Part shown: one piece after another, positions 1 to 11,637 of the stretch
Numbering within the stretch: the stretch's first letter is position 1
Layout of the letters: the number at the start of each line of letters is the position of its first letter
Made by a program: the position numbers and the translations under genes
From: Macrostomum hystrix
Lineage: Eukaryota > Animalia > Platyhelminthes
Reading direction: 5' to 3'
Assembly (NCBI GenBank): GCA_950097015.1
Contig: CATNEN010000005.1
Span: forward strand, 4,402,001-4,466,000
DNA: 64,000 nt
Notes under the pieces: model-generated
Seen by the model: only the letters and a program-made list of their open reading frames with translations
What the model was told of the DNA's origin: nothing
Database searches by the model: none

Positions 1-110
1 TTCTCTCCGCGGCTGCGTCCCAAACTAATGTGGCATCGTCGCGGAATCGAGCTCAGGGACCTTGGTGCGAGAGGCAGACGCGTTGGACTGCTCCGCCACA
101 GACTGCCCCC
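1..110 (-). mobile_element. tRNA-derived SINE family A, 5' part (truncated by window edge)
   Basis: Reverse complement reads gggggcagtctgtggcggagcagtccaacgcg...gagctcgattccgcgacga...gcagccgcggagagaa. This matches the heads of the copies at 7156, 24470, 46326 and 49830, with A-box-like TGGCGGAGCAG and B-box-like GCTCGATTCC. Confidence 0.85.
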
Positions 111-399
111 TTATCTTTAGAGGTTTAGAGTTCGAAGCTCAATTAATAATAATAAAAATAATAATAATTGACACTAGACACAAGGGCAAGTGCAGGGGTT
201 ATGTGTCAAGCACACTAGCAGGTGGAGACTGCACACCTAATGTACTCCCCGGCTTTCTCGGACACCGGTTCTCTCGGACAGCCGCGTGTCAGCAATGGAA
301 TTTATTTTTTCCAAACATATCGGCAGCATCCAAACCCCACTGAATTGCCGCACAGAACTGCTTTATTCCATGCCAGCCGGAATTACTATTGCCCGACGA

Positions 400-553
400 A
401 ATGTCGGTACTCATTTGCAGCTGAGTAGACTGTGACCACATCAGGGCAAAGCAGTTTGCCAAGGGCTGCACGAATAGTTCTAGACTAGGTCGGGAGTCGA
501 ACCCAGGACCATCTGATGCAGAGTCCGCCAACTTACTGACTGAGCTATCCCCC
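400..553 (-). mobile_element. CORE-type tRNA-derived SINE (family B), head and core
   Basis: Minus strand GGGGGATAGCTCAGTCAGTAAG...GGTTCGACTCCC (A and B boxes), followed by ccttggcaaactgctt...gtctactcagctgcaaatgagtacc. The latter resembles the MIR/CORE motif ccttgggcaag...ctcagtttcctcatctgtaaaatggg and the copies at 15560 and 21795. Confidence 0.65.
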
Positions 554-720
554 TTTGCTAGTGCGAGCTCAATTAAGCTCAAAGCTCAATTGCTTCAGTT
601 CACTAAGCTGTGAAGGTGTGTATGAGAGGCACGTGGTAGTTTAGAAATCAAGTTGGGCATTGCTACCATACTCAGTTGACGTACTGAAATAACTGTACAC
701 AGATTGTCACTTTTATCCAG

Positions 721-1144
721 GCTTCCGTCGCCAGCTGTCGGATGACTCGGCGCAGCACACATACCAGGCCATAGACTATCAGCAGATGTCGCGCTATTCG
801 CTAAGGGCCAGCAAAAGCGGCGGCGGCGGAGTCGGCGGTGTTGCCAAAATCGGCGGAGATCAGAGGGAAAGAGAGGCCGCAGCGGCGGCTTCTTTCTCAG
901 CGTCAGGAGCAGATTCTGTGTACTTCACGCGCAGCAGCAGCTACGCCGGCGGTCAAGTGCCAGCGCCAGCAGCGATGATCAATTCGAAGCTGCAGATTCC
1001 GTTGTTGAAGCCGCCTGGTCAGTCGAGCTCGTCTGCCGACTACGCCGGTAGCGTCGGTTACCGGGTGCGGCAGCACCGACGCAGCGCCGGCGAGGGCGGC
1101 CAACCGGACGAAGATGAGAGTCGACAACAGCTGTTGGATGCCAA
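721..1144 (+). CDS. Penultimate coding exon of an unidentified gene (upstream exons outside the window)
   Basis: Acceptor ttttatccag|gc at 720/721 and donor gccaa|gtgagt at 1144/1145 (phase 2). Open frame FRRQLSDDSAQHTYQAIDYQQMSRYS...QQLLDA; GC-rich coding-like composition. Confidence 0.7.
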
Positions 1145-1269
1145 GTGAGTATGCCGACCCGAAATGTTTAGAAAAAGAAATAGAAAAAGGCAGTCATAAT
1201 AAACGCAGCTGCGAATTCCACGAATTAAAGCTTCAGTTAAAGAAGGTTCATGAGCCAGACCTTCAGACT

Positions 1270-1735
1270 TTCTGAGGTACCTTCAGGATTAGAATCTTCA
1301 GGAATAGTACCTTAATAAGTAGACCATTCAGAAGCACCATCATCACTAGTACCTTCAGCAGTAGTACTTTCAGGATTAGTGCCTTCGGGATTAGTGCCTT
1401 CAGGAGTGATACCTTCAGGATTTGTAACTTCAGGAGTGATACCTTCAGGATTTGTAACTTCAGGAGTGATACCTTCAGGATTTGTAACTTCAGGAGTAGT
1501 ACCTTCAGGAGTAGAAACTTCAGGAGTGGTACCTTCAGGAGTAGAAACTTCAGGAGTGGTACCTTCAGGAGTAGTACCTTCAGGAGTAGAAACTTCAGGA
1601 GTGGTACCTTCAGGAGTAGAAACTTCAGGAGTAGTACCTTCAAGAGTAGAAAATTCAGGAGTGGTACCTTCAGTAGTAGAAACTTCAGGAGTGGTACCTT
1701 CAGGAGTAGAAACTTCAGGAGTGGAACACCTTTAT
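1270..1735. repeat. 15-bp minisatellite (cttcaggagtagtac / cttcaggagtagaaa), intronic
   Basis: Visible 15-bp period with a cttcagga core, degenerate at the left end. Confidence 0.95.
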
Positions 1736-1805
1736 TAAATTTAGTTGCCTTAGCTACATTCAGAGTGAACTCAGAGTCACACACGGATTTCCGATTTCAT
1801 TTCAG

Positions 1806-1917
1806 TCGATTTTCGGCCGGAGCAGCCGAAACGGGCATTGTGTCAGGTGGACCTAGCCAATCCGGTATTATAAAATTGCGCGATCCGAACTACGAAGAAA
1901 TTTTCACAGTTGTCTGA
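1806..1917 (+). CDS. Terminal coding exon of the same unidentified gene (NRFSAGAAETGIVSGGPSQSGIIKLRDPNYEEIFTVV*)
   Basis: Acceptor ttcatttcag|t at 1805/1806 is phase-compatible with the donor at 1144 (AA+T=Asn). 36 open codons to TGA at 1915-1917. Confidence 0.65.
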
Positions 1918-2242
1918 CACAATGGCGCTGATTTCATTTTGTTAATTTATTTAATCTTTTTTCGTTGCCAATCGATTGAAACATTTTTCCTACGAATCAC
2001 AATAGCCGCCTAGGAGTCGGTGAAATGAAAGCCATTTAAAAAAATTTCCATTGTTGATGCTTTAGTCTGTTGTTGTTTTTTTCTCTATGTTTTTTATCTG
2101 CGTCTTTGATGTCACCTTATTAATGTCGAATTTTTTTTACTTTCTACGTTTTGTGTTTTCTTGCATCACAATTGTTTAAATACGGGCAAAGTGCCACTTC
2201 ATGAAAGATACGGAACTGAAATAACTAATATCAGAACAAGAG

Positions 2243-4020
2243 GCTTCAGGAGTTGTAGCTTCAGGAGATGTAGCTTCAGGAGTTGTAGCTTCAGGAGTTG
2301 TAGCTTCAGGAGTTGTAGCTTCAGGAGATGTAGCTTCAGGAGTTGGAGCTTCAGGAGATGTAGCTTCAGGAGATGTAGCTTCAGGAGATGTAGCTTCAGG
2401 AGTTGTAGCTTCAGGAGATGTAGCTTCAGGAGATGTAGCTTCAGGAGATGTAGCTTCAGGAGATGTAGCTTCTGGAGTTGTAGCTTCAGGAGATGTAGCT
2501 TCAGAAGTTGTAGCTTCAGGAGTTGTAGCTTCAGGAGTTGTAGCTTCAGGAGATGTAGCTTCAGGAGTTGGAGCTTCAGGAGATGTAGCTTCAGGAGATG
2601 TAGCTTCAGGAGATGTAGCTTCAGGAGTTGTAGCTTCAGGAGATGTAGCTTCAGGAGATGTAGCTTCAGGAGTTGTAGCTTCAGGAGATGTAGCTTCTGG
2701 AGTTGTAGCTTCAGGAGATGTAGCTTCAGAAGTTGTAGCTTCAGGAGTTGTAGCTTCAGGAGATGTAGCTTCTGGAGTTGTAGCTTCAGGAGATGTAGCT
2801 TCAGGAGTTGCAGCTTCAGGAGTTGTAGCTTCAGGAGTTGTAGCTTCAGGAGATGTAGCTTCAGGAGTTGGAGCTTCAGGAGATGTAGCTTCAGGAGATG
2901 TAGCTTCAGGAGATGTAGCTTCAGGAGTTGTAGCTTCAGGAGATGTAGCTTCAGGAGATGTAGCTTCAGGAGTTGTAGCTTCAGGAGATGTAGCTTCTGG
3001 AGTTGTAGCTTCAGGAGATGTAGCTTCAGAAGTTGTAGCTTCAGGAGTTGTAGCTTCAGGAGTTGTAGCTTCAGGAGTTGTAGCTTCAGGAGTTGTAGCT
3101 TCAGGAGATGTAGCTTCAGGAGTTGCAGCTTCAGGAGATGTAGCTTCAGGAGATGTAGCTTCAGGAGTTGTAGCTTCAGGAGTTGTAGCTTCAGGAGATG
3201 TAGCTTCAGGAGATGTAGCTTCAGGAGATGTAGCTTCAGGAGATGTAGCTTCAGGAGTTGTAGCTTCAGGAGTTGTAGCTTCAGGAGATGTAGCTTCAGG
3301 AGATGTAGCTTCAGGAGTTGTAGCTTCAGGAGATGTAGCTTCTGGAGTTGTAGCTTCAGGAGATGTAGCTTCAGAAGTTGTAGCTTCAGGAGTTGTAGCT
3401 TCAGGAGTTGTAGCTTCAGGAGATGTAGCTTCAGGAGTTGCAGCTTCAGGAGATGTAGCTTCAGGAGATGTAGCTTCAGGAGTTGTAGCTTCAGGAGTTG
3501 TAGCTTCAGGAGATGTAGCTTCAGGAGATGTAGCTTCAGGAGATGTAGCTTCAGGAGTTGTAGCTTCAGGAGTTGTAGCTTCAGGAGATGTAGCTTCAGG
3601 AGTTGTAGCTTCAGGAGATGTAGCTTCAGAAGTTGTAGCTTCAGGAGATGTAGCTTCAGGAGTTGTAGCTTCAGGAGATGTAGCTTCAGAAGTTGTAGCT
3701 TCAGGAGATGTAGCTTCAGGAGATGTAGCTTCAGGAGATGTAGCTTCAGGAGATGTAGCTTCAGGAGATGTAGCTTCAGGAGTTGTAGCTTCAGGAGTTG
3801 TAGCTTCAGGAGTTGTAGCTTCAGGAGTTGGAGCTTCAGGAGATGTAGCTTCAGGAGATGTAGCTTCAGAAGTTGTAGCTTCAGGAGTTGTAGCTTCAGG
3901 AGATGTAGCTTCAGGAGATGTAGCTTCAGGAGATGTAGCTTCAGGAGATGTAGCTTCAGGAGATGTAGCTTCAGGAGTTGTAGCTTCAGGAGTTGTAGCT
4001 TCATGAGTTGTAGCTTGTAG
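2243..4020. repeat. 15-bp minisatellite (gcttcaggagttgta / gcttcaggagatgta), ~118 units
   Basis: Exact 15-bp period. Diagnostic variants recur at 225/300/315-bp spacing, showing nested duplications. Confidence 0.98.
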
Positions 4021-4309
4021 CTTTATGCATGTATTTTTGTCGCATTTGTAAAATTAAGCTTTTTTTCAACCTGTTATATTTTTCTGTCTTGAAGTCTCTG
4101 TGTTTTAAAATTTTATCCTACTAATGACGGTATAGCGAGAAAATGCTTGTGTCTTAAAATATAATTTTCTTCAGATGAGTGAGTTAATTATTTAGAGTAA
4201 GGCAATGTTGATTGACAACTAACTTTGCTATCTTTACCGGTCACTAAAGAATATTGCGCCAATTTGTTTTGCATCGTTTCATGATCTTGTCATTGGCTCT
4301 TTCTCGCAG

Positions 4310-4830
4310 TCTCTCTCTCTGTCTCCCTCTCTCCCTGTCTCCCTCTCTCCGTCTCCCTCTCTCCGTCTGTCTCCCTCTCTCTGTCTCCCTCTCTCCGTCT
4401 CCCTCTCTCTGTCTCCCTCTCTCCCTGTCTCCCTCTCGCTCTGTCTCCCTCTCTCTTTCTCTGTCTCCCTCTCTCTGTCTCCCTCTCCCTGTCTCCCTCT
4501 CCCTGTCTCCCTCTCCCTCTCGCTCTGTCTCCCCCTCTCTCTGTCTCCCTCTCTCCCTGTCTCCCTCTCTCCCTGTCTCCCTCTCCCTCTCTGTCTCCCT
4601 CTTTCTGTCTCCCTCTCTCTCTCTCCGTCTCCCTCTCTCCCTGTCTCCCCCTCGCTCTGTCTCCCTCTCTCCCCGTCTCCCTCTCGCTCTGTCTCCCTCT
4701 CTCTCTCTCTGTCTCCCTCTCTCCCTGTCTCCCTCTATCTGTCTCCCTCTCTCCCTGTCTCCCTCTCTCTGTCTCCCTCTCCCTGTCTCCCTCTATCTGT
4801 CTCCCCCTCCCTCTGTCTCTCTGTATCTCC
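4310..4830. repeat. Pyrimidine-rich low-complexity repeat (ctgtctccctct)n-like
   Basis: Almost purine-free + strand with recurring ctgtctccctctc. Confidence 0.95.
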
Positions 4831-5263
4831 TCTCAAAGCCTTCATCATTTTCAAACCGTGTAAATAATAGTTAATCATTTAAAAAAACAGCAAGTTTATC
4901 CCCCATCGTCTCGTGCCATTTATTCACCTGTCCCATGTTACTGTGAAGAGTATACCTGCTTTTCTTAGTTTTTTCATTTTATTCTCTTAAAAAAAGCACG
5001 AAGACGATTTCTGAATAAGATTCTCTGTTTCGATTTTGTTCGTAAGAAATCTGGACTAAGCTGTGTAAAATATGGCATTGTGATTTCTTTTGTCTACTAT
5101 TGCTATTATTCTTATTTTGTGTACTGAAACTCGAGTGAAAATATTTGTACTGGCAGCACGACTTGGCGGTAACTCCCATTGCAAAATACATTGATGGAGT
5201 GCTAATCCACAACACAATGCTTTTGTAAAGTGATTTTTGCGACTTCTAATACGAATGGGATTT

Positions 5264-6215
5264 GAGGTAAGGAATGGGATCTGAGATAGGGAATGGGATC
5301 TGAGATAGGGAATGGGATCTGAGATAGGGAATGGGATCTGAGATAGGGAATGGGATCTGATTATGAAATGGGATCTGATTATGAAATGGGATCTGGATAG
5401 GGAATGGAATCTGATAAGGGGATGGGATCTGGATTGTGAATGGGATCTGGATAGGGAATGGGATCTGATTATGAAATGGGATCTGGATAGGGAATGGAAT
5501 TTGATAAGGGGATGGGATCGGATCTGGATTAGGAATGGGATCTGGATAGGGAATGGGATCTGAGATAGGGAATGGGATCTGAGATAGGGAATGGGATCTG
5601 AGATAGGGAATGGGATCTGGATTAGGAATGGGGTCAGTATTATAAAATGGGATCTGGATTGGGAATGGGATCTGGATTGGGAATGGGATCTAGATTGGGA
5701 ATGGGATCTGGATTGGGAATGGGATCTGAGATAGGGAATGGGATCTGGATTGGGAATGGGATCTGAGATAGGGAATGGGATCTGGATTGGGAATGGGATC
5801 TGGATTGGGAATGGGATCTGAGATAGGGAATGGGATCTGAGATAGGGAATGGGATCTGATAAGGGGTGGTATCTGGATTGGGAATGGGATCTGCATTGGG
5901 AATGGGATCTGAGATAGGGAATGGGATCTGAGATAGGGAATGGGATCTGATAAGGGGTGGTATCTGGATTGGGAATGGGATCTGCATTGGGAATGGGATC
6001 TGGATAGGGAATGGGATCTGCATTGGGAATGGGATCTGGATAGGGAATGGGATCTGCATTGGGAATGGGATCTGGATAGGGAATGGGATCTGCATTGGGA
6101 ATGGGATCTGGATAGGGAATGGGATCTGGATTGGGAATGGGGTTAGTATTATAAAACGGGATCTGGATAGGGAATGGGATCTGATAAGGGGTGGTATCTG
6201 GATTGGGAACGGGGA
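5264..6215. repeat. 18-19-bp G-rich minisatellite (gggaatgggatctgagata / tggattgggaatgggatc)
   Basis: Visible tandem period of 18-19 bp. Confidence 0.95.
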
Positions 6216-7155
6216 TACTTTTCAAAGCCGCTGTCAAGGTAGTTTACAACTACTCAAAGTTGAGCAGCTTCATCTGTCCTCTATATTTAAACAAAAATCG
6301 GATAGAAGCATTACTGTTACAGTTCTTTCTGTAATAGTACATTAAGAAAATGATGATGAGGAATAATGCATGAAGTCGTCAACGTGTTGGGTCAAATCAA
6401 AATATTTTATTAAAAACGAACTTATCAAAAAAGTGTTGTAAAAGAGAAGGTTGCATTTTGTCTCGAAAATAAAAGTTTGAAAGATGTACAGCAGTCAATA
6501 CAGTGGTAGTTTTGGATATTGGCCATTCTGTGGACTGAACAGCTGTACATTTAGTATTTAGAACTGCTATCCATCTGCCACATTATGCAAAGATATTTTA
6601 CAGCCCTGGGGTTTGAGAACCGCATCATAGTAAATTCCCTTTTTATTCGACCTCTAATTGAATCCTCATCATTTAGATTCAGCTAAGACGTCGTCATTTA
6701 GATCCCATGGGGATTAGAACACGAGGCGTTATCGGGGCTTAAGTAGCAGCTGAACTGCTCAACTACCAGTCGTGCCCCCGATCCGTTCAGCAGAAAAAAA
6801 TGGGGAATCGTCCATTTCGTATTCATCTCATTTCATTGAGTCAGCCAGTCAGACAGTGATGTGGCGGCAATGGATTTGGGAGACTTCGTCCAGGATCGGC
6901 ACGCATCTATAGACAGGGGCACAGGCGAAGGGCGACATTAATTTCCGGACATAAAGCTGCGGCTTAAACTGGAAGATTCTGGTTGAGCTTATATAGGCTA
7001 GGCAGATCTACAGAGCTCAGGATTTGAATTGAGTTGTTTATGGCTTTCTGAGCCTTATAGTTCGTCGATATCTTTCATTATTTCTGTGATAATCGAATGC
7101 AACGTCAATAAAATGTTAAATTATGTAAATAACATTCAGTTAATATTAGAAATAG

Positions 7156-7525
7156 GTGGGGCTCGGAGGCAGAGCGGTTAACGCGTTTGCTTCTCGCACC
7201 ACGATCCCTAAGTTCGATTCCACGGCGAGGCCACATTCATTTGGGGCGCAGCCGCGGAGAGAAGGCTTGGGGGCTTGTCGTGCAATTTACGCCATTGAGG
7301 GCCAACCTCCAAGGCACAGTGAGAGTGTACACTGCCTGACGATGAGAAAGTCAGGGCAGATGTACACACCTGTGTGAGTGTGTGCCTGCGTACGGTATCT
7401 GTGTGCGTGTGTGCTCAGGAGTCAGCGAAATGGGCAGAATTGCCTCCTCGCTGGTTGCGGGTCTAGTGCCACCAAATTATGTGTCATTGCCCGCAGCCCT
7501 CCTGAAAATATTATTTTATTATTAG
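7156..7525 (+). mobile_element. tRNA-derived SINE family A, full-length (~370 bp)
   Basis: A-box-like GGCAGAGCGG, B box GTTCGATTCC, a shared body (ggccacatt...gagggccaacctccaaggc...gatgtacacacctgtgtg...ttgcccgcagc) and an (att)n-like tail. Homologous to six other copies in the window. Confidence 0.9.
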
Positions 7526-7689
7526 CATTAGAAAATACCACACAGAGTAGCTCATTTACTAAATTCATAATTGGCATTTCACCAATGAACCCGAATGGGC
7601 CCTTGCATCCCTGTAAATAATCCTATTTAAAATGCCATGCAAAAGTTTCACGGATTTTCTTGTTTGACCCCCGACGAATGACATTTATG

Positions 7690-8700
7690 CATTTAGAATG
7701 GAGGGTCAGTTGACAGCCCACGACTGACATTCCGAATTTAGAATGGAGGTCAGTTGACCCCCCACGACTGACATTCCGAATTTAGAATGGAGGTCAGTTG
7801 ACCCCCCATGAATGACATTTCCAAATTTAGAATGGAGGTCAGTTGACCCCCCATGACTGACATTTCCAAATTTAGAATGGAGGTTAGTTGACCCCCCACG
7901 ACTAACATTTCCAAATTTAGAATGGAGGGTCAGTTGACCCCCCACGTCTGAAATTTCCAAATTTAGAATGGATGGTCAATTGACCTCCCCACGACTGACA
8001 TTCCGTATTTAAAATGGATGGTCAATTGACCTCCCCACGACTGACATTCCGTATTTAGAATGGAAGGTCAGTTGACCCCCCCACGGCTGACATTTCTAAA
8101 TTTAGAATGGATGGTCAGTTGACCCCCAACGACTGACATTTCCAAATTTAGAATGGAGGGTCAATTGACGCCCCACGACTGAAATTTTAAAATTTAGAAT
8201 GGAGGGTCAATTGACCTCCCCACGACTGACATTTCCAAATTTAGAATGGAGGGTCAATTGACGCCCCACGACTTAAATTTCCAAATTTAGAATGGAGGTC
8301 AGTTGACCCCCCACGACTTAAATTTTCAAATTTCGAATGGAGGTCAGTTGACCCCCACGACTGACATTTCCAAATTTAGAATGGAGGGTCAATTGACCTC
8401 CCCACGACTGACATTTCCAAATTTAGAATGGAGGGTCAATTGACGCCCCACGACTTAAATTTCCAAATTTAGAATGGAGGTCAGTTGACCCCCCACGACT
8501 TAAATTTTCAAATTTCGAATGGAGGTCAGTTGACCCCCACGACTGACATTTCTAAATTTAGAATGGAGGGTCAGATGACCCCCCACGACTGACATTCCGT
8601 ATTTAGAATGGAGGGTCAGTTGACCCCCCACGACTGACATTTCTAAATTTAGAATGGAGGGTCAGTTGACCCCAACTACTGACATTTCCAAATTTAGAAA
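7690..8700. repeat. ~41-43-bp minisatellite with an internal palindrome (aaatttagaatggagggtcagttgaccccccacgactgacatttcc), ~24 units
   Basis: Tandem units, each carrying (A/G)GGTCA-NN-TGACC(C/T). Confidence 0.95.
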
Positions 8701-9185
8701 GGAGAGTCAAAAATCTAAAAAAAGGGCTCGATTGAATAGTTTTACTTAGAAGAATGTTGGTATTTTTTTTAAAGGCTTCGAATCGTCCAGCGCAGAGAGT
8801 GAAAGCTGTAGCTAACATTACAATCGCTGAAACCGATTGTCCAGCAACATAAGTGCAGCATGCCTGCTAGGTCACGACTGCCACTATCAATATTTCTAAA
8901 CTGGGAGGATTCGTATGAGAGCCGAATACATCAAGTCAACTAGCTGGCTGCCTGTCAGCTTCACACTTCGCACAAATTCACTCCGTCAAAGTGTAGTGTG
9001 AGTGAATTTGAGAGGGCGTATATAGAAATGGAGATAGGCTAAAGAGGAACTAGAACCTTCCAAATCCTTTCGAATAACTAGACATTTATTTCCTCTGTTT
9101 TACGGCACCGATGAAAATTACTTGAAGGGAATAGGGACCGATGTGACAGGGGCAATTTAGTCAATTTCACTAATTGCTTGCGAGC

Positions 9186-10360
9186 TGATAGTGGCTCAAT
9201 TCTGCACTCTGCATTGATAGTGGCTCAATTCTGCATTCTGCATTGATAGTGGCTCAATTCTGCACTCTGCATTGATAGTGGCTCAATTCTGCACTCTGCA
9301 TTGATAGTGGCTCAATTCTGCACTCTGCATTGATAGTGGCTCAGTTCTGCACTCTGCATTGATAGTGGCTCAATTCTGCACTCTGCATTGATAGTGGCTC
9401 AATTCTGCACTCTGCATTGATAGTGGCTCAATTCTGCACTCTGCATTGATAGTGGCTCAATTCTGCACTCTGCATTGATAGTGGCTCAATTCTGCATTCT
9501 GCATTGATAGTGGCTCAGTTCTGCATTCTGCATTGATAGTGGCTCAATTCTGCACTCTGCATTGATAGTGGCTCAATTCTGCACTCTGCATTGATAGTGG
9601 CTCAATTCTGCACTCTGCATTGATAGTGGCTCAGTTCTGCACTCTGCATTGATAGTGGCTCAGTTCTGCACTCTGCATTGATAGTGGCTCAGTTCTGCAC
9701 TCTGCATTGATAGTGGCTCAGTTCTGCACTCTGCATTGATAGTGGCTCAGTTCTGCACTCTGCATTGATAGTGGCTCAGTTCTGCACTCTGCATTGATAG
9801 TGGCTCAGTTCTGCACTCTGCATTGATAGTGGCTCAGTTCTGCACTCTGCATTGATAGTGGCTCAGTTCTGCACTCTGCATTGATAGTGGCTCAGTTCTG
9901 CACTCTGCATTGATAGTGGCTCAGTTCTGCACTCTGCATTGATAGTGGCTCAATTCTGCATTCTGCATTGATAGTGGCTCAATTCTGCACTCTGCATTGA
10001 TAGTGGCTCAATTCTGCACTCTGCATTGATAGTGGCTCAATTCTGCATTCTGCATTGATAGTGGCTCAGTTCTGCACTCTGCATTGATAGTGGCTCAATT
10101 CTGCACTCTGCATTGATAGTGGCTCAATTCTGCACTCTGCATTGATAGTGGCTCAATTCTGCACTCTGCATTGATAGTGGCTCAGTTCTGCACTCTGCAT
10201 TGATAGTGGCTCAGTTCTGCACTCTGCATTGATAGTGGCTCAGTTCTGCACTCTGCATTGATAGTGGCTCAGTTCTGCACTCTGCATTGATAGTGGCTCA
10301 ATTCTGCACTCTGCATTGATAGTGGCTCAATTCTGCACTCTGCATTGATAGTGGCTCAGT
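9186..10360. repeat. 29-bp minisatellite (gcattgatagtggctcaattctgcactct), ~40 units
   Basis: Near-identical head-to-tail units with no unique spacers. Confidence 0.98.
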
Positions 10361-10665
10361 GAATGCCGGAGTCGCATTGTTCTCGTACATTGAATGCTAG
10401 CTTCAGCCTTGTGTAAAAGTTATCACAAAACTTGTGCACAACAGCTTTCGTGCTTTGAGCTTCCTAGAGAAAAGCCGCGGCCTTTCTGTTCGCCGCTTTC
10501 AGTAGAAAGTCAAAGAAAAAAAGAGAAACGTGGAGAAAATTTGAAGAAAAGCGCAGGTTGCACGCAATGCTGCTACGGAAGTGTTGAGGTCAGTTAATCG
10601 AGCCGTCAAGGCCAGTGTGGCCAAGCTCAGATCTGCGTGATAATCCAGCGTAGAGCTCAGACTCA

Positions 10666-11059
10666 TCAGAGGCTCAAGATTGAAGAGGCTGCCGGGTCTA
10701 CTGCCTTCTCTTCGATAGCCGATTCATAATTCGTTTGGCGTGTACTGTAGGCTAGCTCAATAGAGTTGGCCTGCACGGTCTAAATGGGAAGGTGGAAATT
10801 TAACTGAAAAGAGGAGGCAAAATCTCGGGCAATAAGCCAGACAGGAAGGGGTTCGGGGCTAGGATGAATCGGGAGCGAGTGTAGGGAAGTGCCGCTAAGC
10901 TCCCAGGAGATATCCTCGGCATGGCCTAATGCTTTATATGACCAGAGTGTCCTCTCAGGCAGTTCCACTCTCTCTCTCTTTCCATCGCTTCGGACTCTTC
11001 ACTTCATCCTTCGTTCAATCTGCATTACCTCCCGCTATTCCACTCACCGGTCTCTTCAT
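10666..11059 (-). CDS. Candidate two-exon small ORF (11059-11048 joined to 10779-10666; 41 aa)
   Basis: Minus strand: polypyrimidine tract then ctctcag| acceptor (11103/11102), ATG AAG AGA CCG|GTGAGT donor, catttag|ACC acceptor (10780/10779), open to TGA. No recognisable homology. Confidence 0.3.
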
Positions 11060-11637
11060 CTGCTATATCCTGCTGCTACTGCTGCTGCTGCCGCTGCCGC
11101 TGCTGAGAGACGAAAGATTGAGTAAAATAGGAGAGAGAAAAGTGAAAAGTCAGAGCAGGCGGATGAGTCGAGCGGGCCGAGGGGCAGAATTTTTTATTTT
11201 ACTATTGCCGTAGGGTGAGGTGCCCACAGAGACGCGGACAGCGCAGAGTGAAGTGTCAGGACGAATAAATCTGGCGATTGTGTGGGACGGAAAGAGATTG
11301 AGTAAAAGCTCGGGGAATTACTTAGGCGTTTCCCAGCTCTGAGCCGCTAGCGAATGAACTCAATTGAGCATTTTTATTGACTGCATTAACTCTAGCGACG
11401 ACAAAAAGTCTGGTGTCATCAACTGACAAAACATTCTTTGAGCAAGAAGGTTAGCGGTTTATCATTGTCTAAATGAATAAAAAGCAATTTTTACAATGCA
11501 AAGGCATCCATTAGATAGATTAGGTATTTTCATTTCGGTTGTCAAGTACGCTTTGTGTTGTAAACCATTTTTCTAAGTTCATTTCGAACTCACTAGACTT
11601 TGTGTTACTTAGTGTGCCGAATGAAATCACTTTCTCT

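Noticed and set aside
480-553. Functional tRNA gene (Cys/Ala-like 5' end)
   Set aside because: The acceptor and anticodon stems do not pair properly, and the sequence continues into a CORE-like SINE body; the same applies to the other A/B-box hits.
2161-4020. 619-aa Cys/Arg/Ser-rich ORF (RSCSF)n and the antisense (LKLQL)n ORF
   Set aside because: Products of a 15-bp tandem repeat with period divisible by 3. Several frames are open, there are no supporting splice signals, and the array lies downstream of a real stop codon.
9186-10360. CRISPR array (also considered for 7690-8700, 51700-52870 and 55085-55760)
   Set aside because: Units are contiguous with no unique spacers, there are no cas genes, and the context is eukaryotic.
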